Shown in pieces: positions 27,818-37,699 of a stretch of DNA of 64,000 nt. The position numbers and the translations under genes are program-made. Origin of the DNA: a phage; the sequence record PZ386969.1, one strand, 5' to 3'. The first letter of the stretch is position 1. Every line of letters begins with the position of its first letter. The notes below the pieces were generated by a model that was not told the origin of the DNA, did not search any database, and saw only the letters and a program-made list of their open reading frames with translations.

Positions 27818-28786
27818 ATGGCCGACTTCAAGAAGACAATCGATAAGATCAAGGTTCTGAACACGAAGGGATTGTCCCAGGCTCAGAAGCAATTGTCTTA
27901 TCCCCTAGACGTTACTGGGGGTAAGACCTTGGGACACTATGTCCTATTCAACATCAACCGCATCTCCGGTTCATCTTATGGCAACACGGCTGCTCAGACT
28001 ATCGAGAACCCAATACAGAACCCTCTGGGGAATACTCCTGTGGTCTATGGGTCCAAGTCTGGTTCCATCACCAAATATGCATGGGCGCGTCACGTTCGTT
28101 CGAACGAATCTATTGTTCTGTGTATGCCGGAGTCCATTACAACCAACTATGGTGTTGGCTGGAACGGTAGCGAGCTGGGGCTGGCTGGTATGGGGGCACA
28201 GTTCCTTTCCCGCGCCGCCCAAGACATGACTCAGTTTAAACTGGGTGATGCGCTCAACGTCGGGAAGGAGATGGGGCGATTCGCTGCCACCAAGGCTATC
28301 CAATCTGCGTCGGAGGCTATTCCATTCCTGCCGAGCATTAACGCTCATGACACCCTTGAGTTGTTCACAGGCACCATGACCAACCCATATGTGGAGATGA
28401 TCTTCCAGGGTGTTCGCAACCGTGAGATTCCATTTACATTCAAATTCACGCCGCGATCTCAGAAGGAAGCCAAGATGGTCCGTGAGATCATCCGCATGTT
28501 CAAGATGCATATGTACCCAGAGTACAAGTACAACAAGAATTCCAGCGCGTTTTACTTGCATCCTTCAACATTCGACATTACGTTCATGGTCAATGGGGAG
28601 CGTAACCAGTGGCTGCACCGCATATCCACTTGTGTACTTTCCAACATGTTCGTCAACGAGACGCCGGACAGTTCATATGCGGTTCACAAAGATGATGGTA
28701 TCGTGTCCACGCAGGTTGACATGACCTTCATTGAACTGGAGCCTCTACATAAAGGGCGCTTTGAAACCGAAGGCGATAGCTTCTAA
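27818..28786 (+). CDS. Tail-tube-fold baseplate protein (T4 gp48/gp54 family)
   Basis: Tube-protein-like C-terminal region; adjacent to other virion genes. Confidence 0.45.
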   Translation: MADFKKTIDKIKVLNTKGLSQAQKQLSYPLDVTGGKTLGHYVLFNINRISGSSYGNTAAQTIENPIQNPLGNTPVVYGSKSGSITKYAWARHVRSNESIVLCMPESITTNYGVGWNGSELGLAGMGAQFLSRAAQDMTQFKLGDALNVGKEMGRFAATKAIQSASEAIPFLPSINAHDTLELFTGTMTNPYVEMIFQGVRNREIPFTFKFTPRSQKEAKMVREIIRMFKMHMYPEYKYNKNSSAFYLHPSTFDITFMVNGERNQWLHRISTCVLSNMFVNETPDSSYAVHKDDGIVSTQVDMTFIELEPLHKGRFETEGDSF

Positions 28787-28797
28787 GAGAGGATGCC

Positions 28798-29352
28798 ATG
28801 AAATATTTTGAGAAGTTTCCTCTTGTTTGGCATCAATTACAAGATGTCCAAGAGAACGATCAGGTGCTGTTACAGAACTTAACGCGCCGTGTAATGATCT
28901 TACAGAAAATTAAGGACATCGAAGGGCTTCTCCTGCCGTATACGATCCAAGATGGGGAAACCCCAAGGTCTTTCGCAGAACGCGTTTACGGATCCTTCGA
29001 GTTGTTTTGGATACCTTGTCTGATAAACGGCATCATGGACATCAATAAGGACTGGCCGAAACCGGAACGCCGTATTGTTGAAGAACTGACTGCAGATTAC
29101 GGCATCGATGGTATGTGGGATACAGCCTATTATGTCGACCAGTTCAACAATGTGACCGACGCCCGTGCTATCAAATTTGCATATAACCTAGACCTAGATG
29201 AGCCGTCCATAATTGCTAACTATGGTCTGACGGCAGTTTCATACCATGATGATGCAATCAGTAAGAATGAAGCCAAACGGAACATCCAAGTACTCGACCC
29301 AGATTATGTGTCTTCGTTTGTCAATCAGCTGGAGCAGGAGTTGGCGAAATGA
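28798..29352 (+). CDS. Putative baseplate-associated protein
   Basis: Position in structural block only. Confidence 0.35.
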   Translation: MKYFEKFPLVWHQLQDVQENDQVLLQNLTRRVMILQKIKDIEGLLLPYTIQDGETPRSFAERVYGSFELFWIPCLINGIMDINKDWPKPERRIVEELTADYGIDGMWDTAYYVDQFNNVTDARAIKFAYNLDLDEPSIIANYGLTAVSYHDDAISKNEAKRNIQVLDPDYVSSFVNQLEQELAK

Positions 29353-30737
29353 TCGAAAACAGAGAGACCCAAGACGGTATTGTAACACCGTCAACAACAT
29401 TTGACCTGAAGTATATGGCGATACTCCCTCATACACCCCAGGGCGGATCACCAACGCCATATGACCTGACGGCGTTGTTTGAGGAGTTCAACGTCTTCCA
29501 GGATCTGGGTCTTGAAGGGAAGTCATCTCCATCACTTACAGCCAATGTCTTGATAAAAGAAGGGTGGGACATTCTTGACACAATGCCTATCTTGGGTGGT
29601 GAAGAAGTTGTGGTGTCATTCAAGAGTCCGGCGGCCTCGGAATACACCACTCTATCCCTGCGCGTAGCGCGTGTTGGGCGCGTAGCTGATGAGTCCAACA
29701 GCTCGTCCAAGAAAGCATTCTGGTTACACATGGTGACCACCGATGCCTACAAGGACAGCATGATCCGCTGCTCCCTCGGTCTTGAAGGTTCGTATTCTGA
29801 CATGGCGAAGGCAATCTTCAATCAGTTGGAGTCGCGCACCAAGTTCGAAGACATCGACCCGTCATATGGTATTCAAGAGCGGTTCGCCACCCCGCTCTGG
29901 CCTGTGCTGCGATCTATTGATTATATGGCAAGCCGTTCTTATGACGAATTGTTCATGCCATTCGTTTTCTATGAAGACTTCAATGGCTATCACTTCAAGA
30001 GCCTGACGACGTTGTTCAACCAGGGCAGCCAGTCATTGACGGCAGAAGAGAAGCAGGAACTGGCTCAGCAGAACAAGTTATTCCGTGATCCTCAGGACGC
30101 ACCGCTCATGCAGGATAACAACTTCAACTCTGAGCGCTTTATGCGCACGATCATCAAGGCAGAGAAGAAGCTGGCGCGTGACCAGTTCATGGCAAACTAC
30201 CGCGATGTCCTGGCGGTGAACGAGCGCGTCTACGACTTTGAGACCAAGACAGTCACCCCAACACAGCGCATCTATACTGAGTGGTTTGCAGAGACGGCTC
30301 ACCTTGATCCGTTCCCGATGTTCTCAGATGAATTCAATCGTCAGAACGTCCGTTACATTGAAGCCCAGCCGGATGGAGCGGAGCAGATTGATTATGCTCG
30401 TCGTGTTATCAACTTCAGTCTTGCCAGCACTGTGATGCGCGTGTTGCTCGTTGGTGATAACCGCCTGAACGTCGGTCAGGTGTTCTACGTCGAAGACCAG
30501 TCCAACCGTCCTAAGAAGAACGAAAACCTGGCAGAGTTAAGTAAGCTATCGACAGGCCACTATATCGTGACCAAAGTGCGTCACAAGATTTCCCGCCTAA
30601 CCAAAGATTATCAGTGTATCGCTGAGATTGCCAAGGACAGTTTGCTGGAGCAGGTGCTTCCACCTCAGACCAATCAGACAACTGCTTCCACCACTACTCC
30701 TCAGGCGATTGAGAAAGGCCAAGCACAGAAGGTTTAA
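29349..30737 (+). CDS. Putative baseplate hub/virion protein
   Basis: Position between baseplate genes and the tape-measure-like gene; no motif recognised. Confidence 0.4.
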   Translation: MIENRETQDGIVTPSTTFDLKYMAILPHTPQGGSPTPYDLTALFEEFNVFQDLGLEGKSSPSLTANVLIKEGWDILDTMPILGGEEVVVSFKSPAASEYTTLSLRVARVGRVADESNSSSKKAFWLHMVTTDAYKDSMIRCSLGLEGSYSDMAKAIFNQLESRTKFEDIDPSYGIQERFATPLWPVLRSIDYMASRSYDELFMPFVFYEDFNGYHFKSLTTLFNQGSQSLTAEEKQELAQQNKLFRDPQDAPLMQDNNFNSERFMRTIIKAEKKLARDQFMANYRDVLAVNERVYDFETKTVTPTQRIYTEWFAETAHLDPFPMFSDEFNRQNVRYIEAQPDGAEQIDYARRVINFSLASTVMRVLLVGDNRLNVGQVFYVEDQSNRPKKNENLAELSKLSTGHYIVTKVRHKISRLTKDYQCIAEIAKDSLLEQVLPPQTNQTTASTTTPQAIEKGQAQKV

Positions 30738-30748
30738 CGAGGTGACCC

Positions 30749-32695
30749 ATGGCACAGGAAGCAACGAACAACGATGTTGTCAAAGTTCTAGACAAGATCA
30801 AGGCGGAGATGATGCAGCGCAAACAACTCCGCGCTCAGAATGAAACCAACAAACAGCTTGACCGGATGAACAAGAATCTGGCCAAGCTGGAATCTGCCAC
30901 CAAACAGGGCACCAAGGCCGAGTCCAAGCCATTTGAAATCCGTATCCCGACGGTCAATGAGATCGTCATGGGATTCGCTCGCATGTCTCCGATCTTCACC
31001 CGCGACTTCAGCGTATGGATGAAAGATACTGTCGATGTGGGTAACGAAGGCAATCGGGAACTGGAGAATATCGCAGGCAAGATTGACCGCCTCGGTGAGA
31101 TCACCCGTATGCCAACAGATGACACGTCCCTGGAGTATCTTAACCTGATCTCAGACCAGCTGAAGTCTGCCAATGATGACACCCTCAAGCGCATGGACGA
31201 GCAGAGTGTGTCTCTGGTCCGCGTGGGATCATTCTTGAACATGATCGACGGAGTGATGATCGAAGTTCGTGACGATGTTGCTGAACTGAAAAAGAACTCC
31301 GATGACACCCTTACTCGCCTGTCTAGTATTGAAAACAAGATTGGGCGCACGGGTGGTCATATCGTTGGAGTGTTGACACGCATCTTTGATGAAGACCAGA
31401 AGTGGCGTGAGAAGGACGAGATGCGCCGTGGGGAAACCGACAAAGAAACAGGTGGTCATCCTCAGGCGGGTTCTGTTATACCCAAAGACGATGACCAGAA
31501 AGACGATTCCTCCGGTATCGGGGCTGCTGTGGCTGCTATGCTCGGTCTGAATGCACTGAAGGGATTCTTGCTCAAGCCGTTCAAGATCATCGGTGGCGTT
31601 GTCGGGGCTTTCCTCGGTATGTTCTCCAAGCTGGGAGAAGGTATCACCAAACTTCTGGGTCCATTTGGGAAGGTGTTCAAGTTCCTGAAAGTCGGCCCAC
31701 TGGCTCTCCTGTCTATGATCTGGGACTTCGGTAAAGGCTTCATTGATGCGAAGGAGATCCTAGGTAAAGGTGCTGTCACGATAGTTGACCGAGTACGGGC
31801 GGGGATATCAGAACTGGTTGGTGGATTTGGTGATCTATTTGACTGGGTGTCCAAGATCTTTGGCTTTGATACCGAGGCGGGTGAAACCCTGCGCAAATAC
31901 ACCCTCATGATCACTGAGGCTCCCGCTCGTTGGCTGAATGGTATTATCGACTGGATTAGCAACGACTTGTTTGCAGGGATCGGGAGAGACACGTCTCTTA
32001 CGGATATCCCTGGCAAGTTAGCAGACAACCTACAGTCCGAGTTGATAAAGCTGGTAGGCTGGATCACAGGGGGTATCAGTAGTGTGATCGACGAGGGCAT
32101 GGGTGTGGCCAACAAGGTCATTGACGATATCAAGAAGGGATTTGCCGAAAATGTGAAGAAACCTTTCTTCAACATGCTGAACACAATCACCAATGCGATG
32201 TTCGATATCGTTGACAAGTTCGTCAGCATCATCCCTGACGCTCTGGGTGGACAGGCTGCGAAGCAGAAGATGGATGAGGCTCGCCAGTCTATGCTGATTG
32301 ACACTGATGAGAATCCGTCTCCTAATGTGACAGAGACCCAGCAGCCACAGACGCCAGCACAACCGAACATCGATCCACAAACGCTGACTCCAATACCTTC
32401 TGGTGCGTCTTCGGATGACAAGAATATGACTAATGACCGCACCTCTCAGCTGAAAGCTGCGTATGGTTCTATCGGGGGTGGTACTCTGGGCGGGGCCATG
32501 CCATCACAAGGGAGGGCGCTGTCTAATATTGAGCAAGTACAAGGCGGCTATTCACCGCCTCCAGCCAGCGTCGTGATACCAGTACAGCAGAATGTGGATG
32601 CTTCTAAGAGGATCAACACGACCAATAACTTCAACAGCTCATATCTTGAGCCTGAGAACAAAACAGATAATTCCCGCATCCTGTGGGAATGGTAA
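30749..32695 (+). CDS. Tape-measure-like / baseplate hub protein (T4 gp29-like)
   Basis: 648 aa; coiled-coil N-terminus and Gly-rich hydrophobic core typical of tape measure proteins. Confidence 0.5.
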   Translation: MAQEATNNDVVKVLDKIKAEMMQRKQLRAQNETNKQLDRMNKNLAKLESATKQGTKAESKPFEIRIPTVNEIVMGFARMSPIFTRDFSVWMKDTVDVGNEGNRELENIAGKIDRLGEITRMPTDDTSLEYLNLISDQLKSANDDTLKRMDEQSVSLVRVGSFLNMIDGVMIEVRDDVAELKKNSDDTLTRLSSIENKIGRTGGHIVGVLTRIFDEDQKWREKDEMRRGETDKETGGHPQAGSVIPKDDDQKDDSSGIGAAVAAMLGLNALKGFLLKPFKIIGGVVGAFLGMFSKLGEGITKLLGPFGKVFKFLKVGPLALLSMIWDFGKGFIDAKEILGKGAVTIVDRVRAGISELVGGFGDLFDWVSKIFGFDTEAGETLRKYTLMITEAPARWLNGIIDWISNDLFAGIGRDTSLTDIPGKLADNLQSELIKLVGWITGGISSVIDEGMGVANKVIDDIKKGFAENVKKPFFNMLNTITNAMFDIVDKFVSIIPDALGGQAAKQKMDEARQSMLIDTDENPSPNVTETQQPQTPAQPNIDPQTLTPIPSGASSDDKNMTNDRTSQLKAAYGSIGGGTLGGAMPSQGRALSNIEQVQGGYSPPPASVVIPVQQNVDASKRINTTNNFNSSYLEPENKTDNSRILWEW

Positions 32696-33355
32696 TCAGA
32701 TTCCGTGGGCTTGTATTAGCTCACGGAGTCTCTGTTTTGAATATGTGGTATCCTCATCCGGAACCACAGCATTCGTCTTCCTGAGCAAGAACGCCTCTGA
32801 GTTCCAGTAGATGTCATCACGCAGAATCGTATCGTATAGATGAATGAAACCAACGATCTTGTTCAGACCGACAAGGAACCAAATCGGGAACTTCTTGATG
32901 ATGATGTCTGTCAGCAACGGTGGATGACCTGTACCCGTCCCCTTGATGTACTCAATGAAGGTGCAGTTGCGCTCCCTTATGGCAGGGATCATCTCCCGCT
33001 CGAACTCCTCAAGGAAGTTATATGTGAAGTTCTCGTACAGCTTACGGTATTCATCATAATTGGCCTGAGCCTGGCGTGTAAGCAATGTCGTCACCCAGGT
33101 CTTGGGTGATTTGATGAAGTTGGCAATGATGTAGTTCTCTACCACTTCACCCTGTGTTGACTCGAACCGACGGGCAAGGCGAGCAAACTGTTTGCACACG
33201 GCCTCCTTCGCCAAGAACGTCTCGAACTTGTAATTCATCGGTCCATACAAGCTGTAATCGAAGTCCTTAGTGGTGAAGTGCAGCTTGATCGCCATGAAGA
33301 CACAGTAAACGTTGAACGCCCGTTCATACTCCATCTTTTGCCACTCTGTCAGCAT
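32696..33355 (-). CDS. Helicase loader (T4 gp59-like)
   Basis: N-terminal pattern YCVFMAIKLHFTTKDFDYSLYGPMNYKF parallels remembered T4 gp59; next to DNA ligase. Confidence 0.55.
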   Translation of the reverse strand: MLTEWQKMEYERAFNVYCVFMAIKLHFTTKDFDYSLYGPMNYKFETFLAKEAVCKQFARLARRFESTQGEVVENYIIANFIKSPKTWVTTLLTRQAQANYDEYRKLYENFTYNFLEEFEREMIPAIRERNCTFIEYIKGTGTGHPPLLTDIIIKKFPIWFLVGLNKIVGFIHLYDTILRDDIYWNSEAFLLRKTNAVVPDEDTTYSKQRLRELIQAHGI

Positions 33356-33603
33356 TTGCGTTCCTCTTCTTTAATAAATTGCAATAACTCTTCCATCAGC
33401 CCTTTCTTCTTGATGAACTGTAACACTAGGATGAAGCGACGGAAGGAACGGGGGACAACACGATAACCCTTCGCCCAGTAGTTCACAACATTGGAACAAT
33501 CCAATAAACGAGCCAGCCCAGATTGTGACACCCCGAGGCTCAGCAGAACCTTGTACATGTACTTCTTGTCATTTACCGGAAGCTCTTTCATTCTTAAACT
33601 CAT
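33349..33603 (-). CDS. XRE-family helix-turn-helix protein
   Basis: HTH segment LGVSQSGLARLLDCSNVVNYWAKG. Confidence 0.5.
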   Translation of the reverse strand: MSLRMKELPVNDKKYMYKVLLSLGVSQSGLARLLDCSNVVNYWAKGYRVVPRSFRRFILVLQFIKKKGLMEELLQFIKEEERKC

Positions 33604-33826
33604 GATACTTGTCCGCTAATGTCTTGTAATATTTGTTAGGATTATACTCCTGTTTGGAATAGTGAAGAGTAAGGGAAGCACTCAGACCGAGGATAATCAC
33701 GACAACGAGCGCCTTGTGGTTATTGATCTCGGGAATAGCTATCCACACCAGCAGCATCACAAGCGAGCTGATAATCAAGGACAATAAGAACGTTAATGCA
33801 ATCACCAATGCGAATAGCTCGTCCAT
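33569..33826 (-). CDS. Small membrane protein
   Basis: Two hydrophobic helices. Confidence 0.4.
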   Translation of the reverse strand: MDELFALVIALTFLLSLIISSLVMLLVWIAIPEINNHKALVVVIILGLSASLTLHYSKQEYNPNKYYKTLADKYHEFKNERASGK

Positions 33827-33830
33827 CAGA

Positions 33831-34064
33831 TCACACCTCTTTGTGTTTCTTCATCTTGCGAACAGTGCCCACAAACCCAAGATCCTTCCCGCAATGGGTG
33901 CAGATAGCATGGCAAGCGTGGTTCTCACGATAGGTGCTGTGTTTGCAGCGCCATTGCTTGAACGCCGAACGGGCAACTAGGATCACGGCGATCAAGAAGA
34001 CGATGCCGGATATCTGAAGTTCAACCAAGAACTTCGCCCACCAGAAACTCATGTACTCACCCAT
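33831..34064 (-). CDS. Small membrane protein with Cys-rich tail
   Basis: Start set at ATG 34064 (MGEYM), 2 nt after ligase stop, GGAGAAGG upstream; track start 34154 overlaps ligase. Confidence 0.35.
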   Translation of the reverse strand: MGEYMSFWWAKFLVELQISGIVFLIAVILVARSAFKQWRCKHSTYRENHACHAICTHCGKDLGFVGTVRKMKKHKEV

Positions 34065-35487
34065 TTCCCTTCTCCAACAGGAATGCAATGTTTTCGATGT
34101 ATGCTTTCTGTATCGCATAGACTTCATCCAGTGTGTTGGCCACTTTCTTGTCAATGCGGACTTCTACAAGGCGAGGTAGGAACAAAGACTTCATCGCATC
34201 ATCTGTCTTATCCTGTACGCCATTGGAGAGCACTGCGGCGATCTTGCCAATGTAGTCGCCCTGGTTCTCCCACATATGGCGTCTCAGCTCATCTGAGATC
34301 CCTGATACGCCAACAACAAGCAGGCTGTCGGAAGTTTTACAAATCAGTGAGCCAAAAGTCTTGGCGTGTTTACCCTTCTTGTCAGCCTCGTTGAAGCCCA
34401 CAATTTCAAGGTCACACTCAACCTCCATCTTCAGCTTCAGACCTTCAGAAGAAGTCCCATCTTCCCAAGGCATGTCGGCGGCCTTACATATCGTGCCTTC
34501 TTCTTTGCGAGCCAGCGCGTCTTTGAAGTGGTCGACGGCTTCGGCAAATGAGTGAACAACATGAGTTTCCTGAACCTGAACCAGACCGTCGTCTTCATCA
34601 AACAGTTGCTGGATAATATCGAAGCGGCGCTCATACGGGGTGTCCACGCGCTGGGCGTTGAACCAGTTGTCGTACGGGATAACATCCCACACCCGGTAGA
34701 TCACCCGATAACGATCTTCTAGGGGTTCTCCTGTCTGAATCACGCTGTTGAGTTTACCGTTACCGACAGCACGAGGCAGGATGGTATTCGACTTGAGGTC
34801 AACAACGAGAAGTTCACCATGGAACACACTCTCACCAATCCCCGCATCGTAGATCAGGTCTTTGAACACCAGTGAAAGGTTATCAACCGAACCACCTGCG
34901 ATAAGGGAACCGGAGCGAGAGCGAATCTCAGGCTCTTTATTGTACCGACATATGATGTTGGCGAACATACCGTCTGACTTCAGCTGGCTGTAGACGCCGC
35001 GCTTGAAGTCCATCTTCTTCAGCAGGTCAATCGTCATGTTGTCATAACGATGATATGGAAGGATGTTGATCAGGCGTCCAGTGCCTCCGGCGGCGTTGAA
35101 TGCAGCGTTGATGCCCTTCTCAGCGATACCCGCCTTGATATCACGGTCTAGGATCATCTGAATGAGTTCGTGGTATTGGGGATCCATCTTCAGGGCGACA
35201 GAGGCCAACAGGGCATCAGCCTTTTGGCCACCGACAAGGCGCTGCGCCATCTGGTCGAGGACGTCATAGACTTCGCTGATGTCATCAGTCTTCTCACGGA
35301 CGAGCATGCGAGGATACGCGCTGAGCTTCAACTCAGTCCGATAGAACGACATCATTGGGTCATAGACATACTGCAGGAAGTCTGCCAAGTCTGGGTTGTT
35401 CTTGAATGCTTCGGTCAGCACGGCTTTCTTCGCATTGCTGCCTTTGGTTTCGCGAAGTCGGTGGACTGTTTCAAGGATAGGGATCAT
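34057..35487 (-). CDS. ATP-dependent DNA ligase (T4 gp30-like)
   Basis: Adenylation motif KSDG (YSQLKSDGMF); N-terminus parallels remembered T4 DNA ligase. Confidence 0.85.
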   Translation of the reverse strand: MIPILETVHRLRETKGSNAKKAVLTEAFKNNPDLADFLQYVYDPMMSFYRTELKLSAYPRMLVREKTDDISEVYDVLDQMAQRLVGGQKADALLASVALKMDPQYHELIQMILDRDIKAGIAEKGINAAFNAAGGTGRLINILPYHRYDNMTIDLLKKMDFKRGVYSQLKSDGMFANIICRYNKEPEIRSRSGSLIAGGSVDNLSLVFKDLIYDAGIGESVFHGELLVVDLKSNTILPRAVGNGKLNSVIQTGEPLEDRYRVIYRVWDVIPYDNWFNAQRVDTPYERRFDIIQQLFDEDDGLVQVQETHVVHSFAEAVDHFKDALARKEEGTICKAADMPWEDGTSSEGLKLKMEVECDLEIVGFNEADKKGKHAKTFGSLICKTSDSLLVVGVSGISDELRRHMWENQGDYIGKIAAVLSNGVQDKTDDAMKSLFLPRLVEVRIDKKVANTLDEVYAIQKAYIENIAFLLEKGNG

Positions 35488-35506
35488 GTGGTGTCTCCAG
35501 GGTTAT

Positions 35507-35539
35507 ATGTGCTGCTATTATAACCCTGGGGACTTCAAT
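35507..35539 (-). promoter_or_regulatory. Perfect 11-bp inverted repeat containing a TATAAT on the - strand, upstream of ligase
   Basis: CCAGGGTTATA-11 nt-TATAACCCTGG; - strand TATAAT at 35532-35527, 40 nt upstream of ligase ATG. Confidence 0.5.
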
Positions 35540-35601
35540 AGATTATTGGCGGGTACGGGATCTTGCTTGGCTGATAATGACCGCAAATGTTTCTGTATCC
35601 A

Positions 35602-36162
35602 TCATGAACCCTCCGCCCAGACAAAGCCGTATTTGTTCAGTAGATCCACGGTTTCACCACGAGCGCGAGCCACGATAGATTCTACTGATTCTTCCACCTC
35701 GAGTGGTGGGCAACCAGCCTTTTCGTACGTGTTAAGCAAGAGAGCAAGTTCTTTTACAAACTCTTCTTGTTCCTCTCCTCCAAAGAACCACATCCGCAGA
35801 TCGTCGCGTTCCCCGTGCTTGTTCAGGGAAGCCATATTCACGTACACGTAATCAGTTTTCTGAACAACGCCGTTTATCTCCGGCCATCGCAACCCAGCCA
35901 TCGCATAATTGAAGAATTCCGAAGGGGTGACTTCATCCGACAAATAATACAAACGGAAGTCACCGCTGGGGCCATGTTTGCAAGTTCTATCCAGCATTAT
36001 TTTGTGGATGTCAATACGGTCTCGCTTCAAGACTTCCCGTTTCTTCAGTCGACCTCTCAGCCAGGCACTGCCAATACACAAAAGAACGAAAGCAGTAGCA
36101 CCAGTGAGTATGTTGAAAGAATCAATAATGTTCATAAGATCCCCGAAGTGATAGAGGGGCAT
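35602..36162 (-). CDS. Membrane-anchored hypothetical protein
   Basis: Hydrophobic N-terminal helix; start uncertain (internal M at MNIIDSF). Confidence 0.45.
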   Translation of the reverse strand: MPLYHFGDLMNIIDSFNILTGATAFVLLCIGSAWLRGRLKKREVLKRDRIDIHKIMLDRTCKHGPSGDFRLYYLSDEVTPSEFFNYAMAGLRWPEINGVVQKTDYVYVNMASLNKHGERDDLRMWFFGGEEQEEFVKELALLLNTYEKAGCPPLEVEESVESIVARARGETVDLLNKYGFVWAEGS

Positions 36163-36176
36163 AAGCCCCTCTGATG

Positions 36177-36785
36177 TTATTTGCTCAGGCTGGCGAGGTA
36201 GTTGTCGGCTTCGATAGACGACGGGCTGTTGGCGGAGTAGCTCGAATCAGCGATTTCGGTTTCGCGCAGGATGGCATCGATATCGATGGTGGTCATACCA
36301 GCGGCATAATCGATATCTTCAGGGAGCACCAGACCCAGGTCGTTCGTCTCTTTCTGAACACGAACCAGCTCGAGATTGGACTTGACTTCGTCCAGTTTGT
36401 CACCCAGCTGGATGATCGCACCGTTCAGTTTGTCGCTGCTTGCTTCGATGTCCTTCACCTGAGCCAACAGGGCTTCACCGATACGGCGGCGATGCAGAAT
36501 AATCAGGGCGTCGGCGCGGGTTGGTGTGACACCACGAGCGATGGCGTCCTTCAGAACTTCTTCGCGCTTGGCGGCTTCACTTAGGTTCTGTTCTGCGGTC
36601 TTCTTCAGCTTGACGCCGTTGCGGACGTTGGTGACACGGGCTTCCTCCAGGCGACGGATTTCGTCAGACAGCTTGCGAGCAGCCAGGTTCAGGCGCTTTT
36701 CGGTGTCGGTCAGTTTATCCAGACCTGCGGTGACGTTAGCTTCAACAGTGGTGAAGATGCGTTTCAGTAAGTTTTTCAGTGACAT
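36177..36785 (-). CDS. Coiled-coil protein (PspA/IM30-like, tentative)
   Basis: Long helical heptad-like sequence; PspA family suggested by eye only. Confidence 0.35.
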   Translation of the reverse strand: MSLKNLLKRIFTTVEANVTAGLDKLTDTEKRLNLAARKLSDEIRRLEEARVTNVRNGVKLKKTAEQNLSEAAKREEVLKDAIARGVTPTRADALIILHRRRIGEALLAQVKDIEASSDKLNGAIIQLGDKLDEVKSNLELVRVQKETNDLGLVLPEDIDYAAGMTTIDIDAILRETEIADSSYSANSPSSIEADNYLASLSK

Positions 36786-36802
36786 CAGTGTGTAGTCCTC
36801 AG

Positions 36803-37144
36803 TTATTTCTTCGGGGGTTCAATTGAGGTGAAAGAATCCTTCCAACTCTTGAATTTTTCAACCAGGGCTTCTTTACCCAGCTTGTCATTTGACACGCTGT
36901 GAATATAGGCGAATGCTCCATAGCCGGATCCTGGCATAGCCTTGCAGATGCGCAGACTGACCAAAGAATCTCCTACGGAAACAAGATAGTGGTCACGACG
37001 ATTGTTCAGGGCATAGTGGTTGTCGTGAAACTTGTCAACAATAACACAGTTCTGAGGTTCGACGTCAATCGGTAGCCCGTTGGCTTCGGATCCACCGCGC
37101 CCAAGCACGCAGCCTGGGAATAATGTTTCTACGAGTGTAGTCAT
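36803..37144 (-). CDS. Hypothetical protein
   Basis: ORF with AGGAA RBS. Confidence 0.45.
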   Translation of the reverse strand: MTTLVETLFPGCVLGRGGSEANGLPIDVEPQNCVIVDKFHDNHYALNNRRDHYLVSVGDSLVSLRICKAMPGSGYGAFAYIHSVSNDKLGKEALVEKFKSWKDSFTSIEPPKK

Positions 37145-37171
37145 GGTCTGTTCCTTCTGTAAGTTCCCATG

Positions 37172-37197
37172 TATTATATGGGTGAATAGTTTATTGA
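37172..37197 (-). promoter_or_regulatory. Promoter-like motif TTCAATAAA-N11-TATAAT (- strand)
   Basis: - strand TTCAAT at 37197-37192, TATAAT at 37177-37172, about 30 nt upstream of ATG 37144. Confidence 0.5.
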
Positions 37198-37374
37198 ATT
37201 ATTTGTTATGAAACCCAGAGCCTTGTGGACTTCTTCACGATTTTAATTTCGGCCTGAGCCTTTGTGCGATTAATCCGGCGCTCGCCATTCCATTTCAACA
37301 TCGATCGCATCTATCAGACAACGGATTTCGGTGCTCAGGGGCTTGCCAACAGCCAGTTGAAATACTTGCGCATG

Positions 37375-37590
37375 TCACTTCCTCATCAATGAGAGTAGGT
37401 TGACCGTAGCCGGACGCGCATCAGGAGCGTAGAAGACGTCCTGAGAGTGCCTCTTACAGCACGGGCAATCCTTCGTGGCGATTACACAGGGAGCCTTGTC
37501 CACGGCAAATCCAGCGGCTTCGGCTTCCTTCACAGTGGTGAATGGCAGGTAAGCACTTGTGCCCTGCCCTCCGCATGAACATTCCATCAA
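37375..37590 (-). CDS. Small Cys-rich protein
   Basis: CSCGG and CPCC motifs. Confidence 0.4.
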   Translation of the reverse strand: MMECSCGGQGTSAYLPFTTVKEAEAAGFAVDKAPCVIATKDCPCCKRHSQDVFYAPDARPATVNLLSLMRK

Positions 37591-37699
37591 CGTTTCCTCT
37601 TAAAGGGGATGACCAGGGCTATGATGAGAAGCATAGCTGTAATCATCCCACATGCTATCAGACCGAAGGCGAACGACTTCAGAACAAACTCAATCAAAT

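Noticed and set aside
30835-32442. Long antisense ORFs (171, 326 and 116 aa) opposite the tape-measure-like gene
   Set aside because: Low-complexity Ser/Pro-rich translations typical of the reverse strand of a Gly/Ala-rich gene; the sense-strand product is the coherent one
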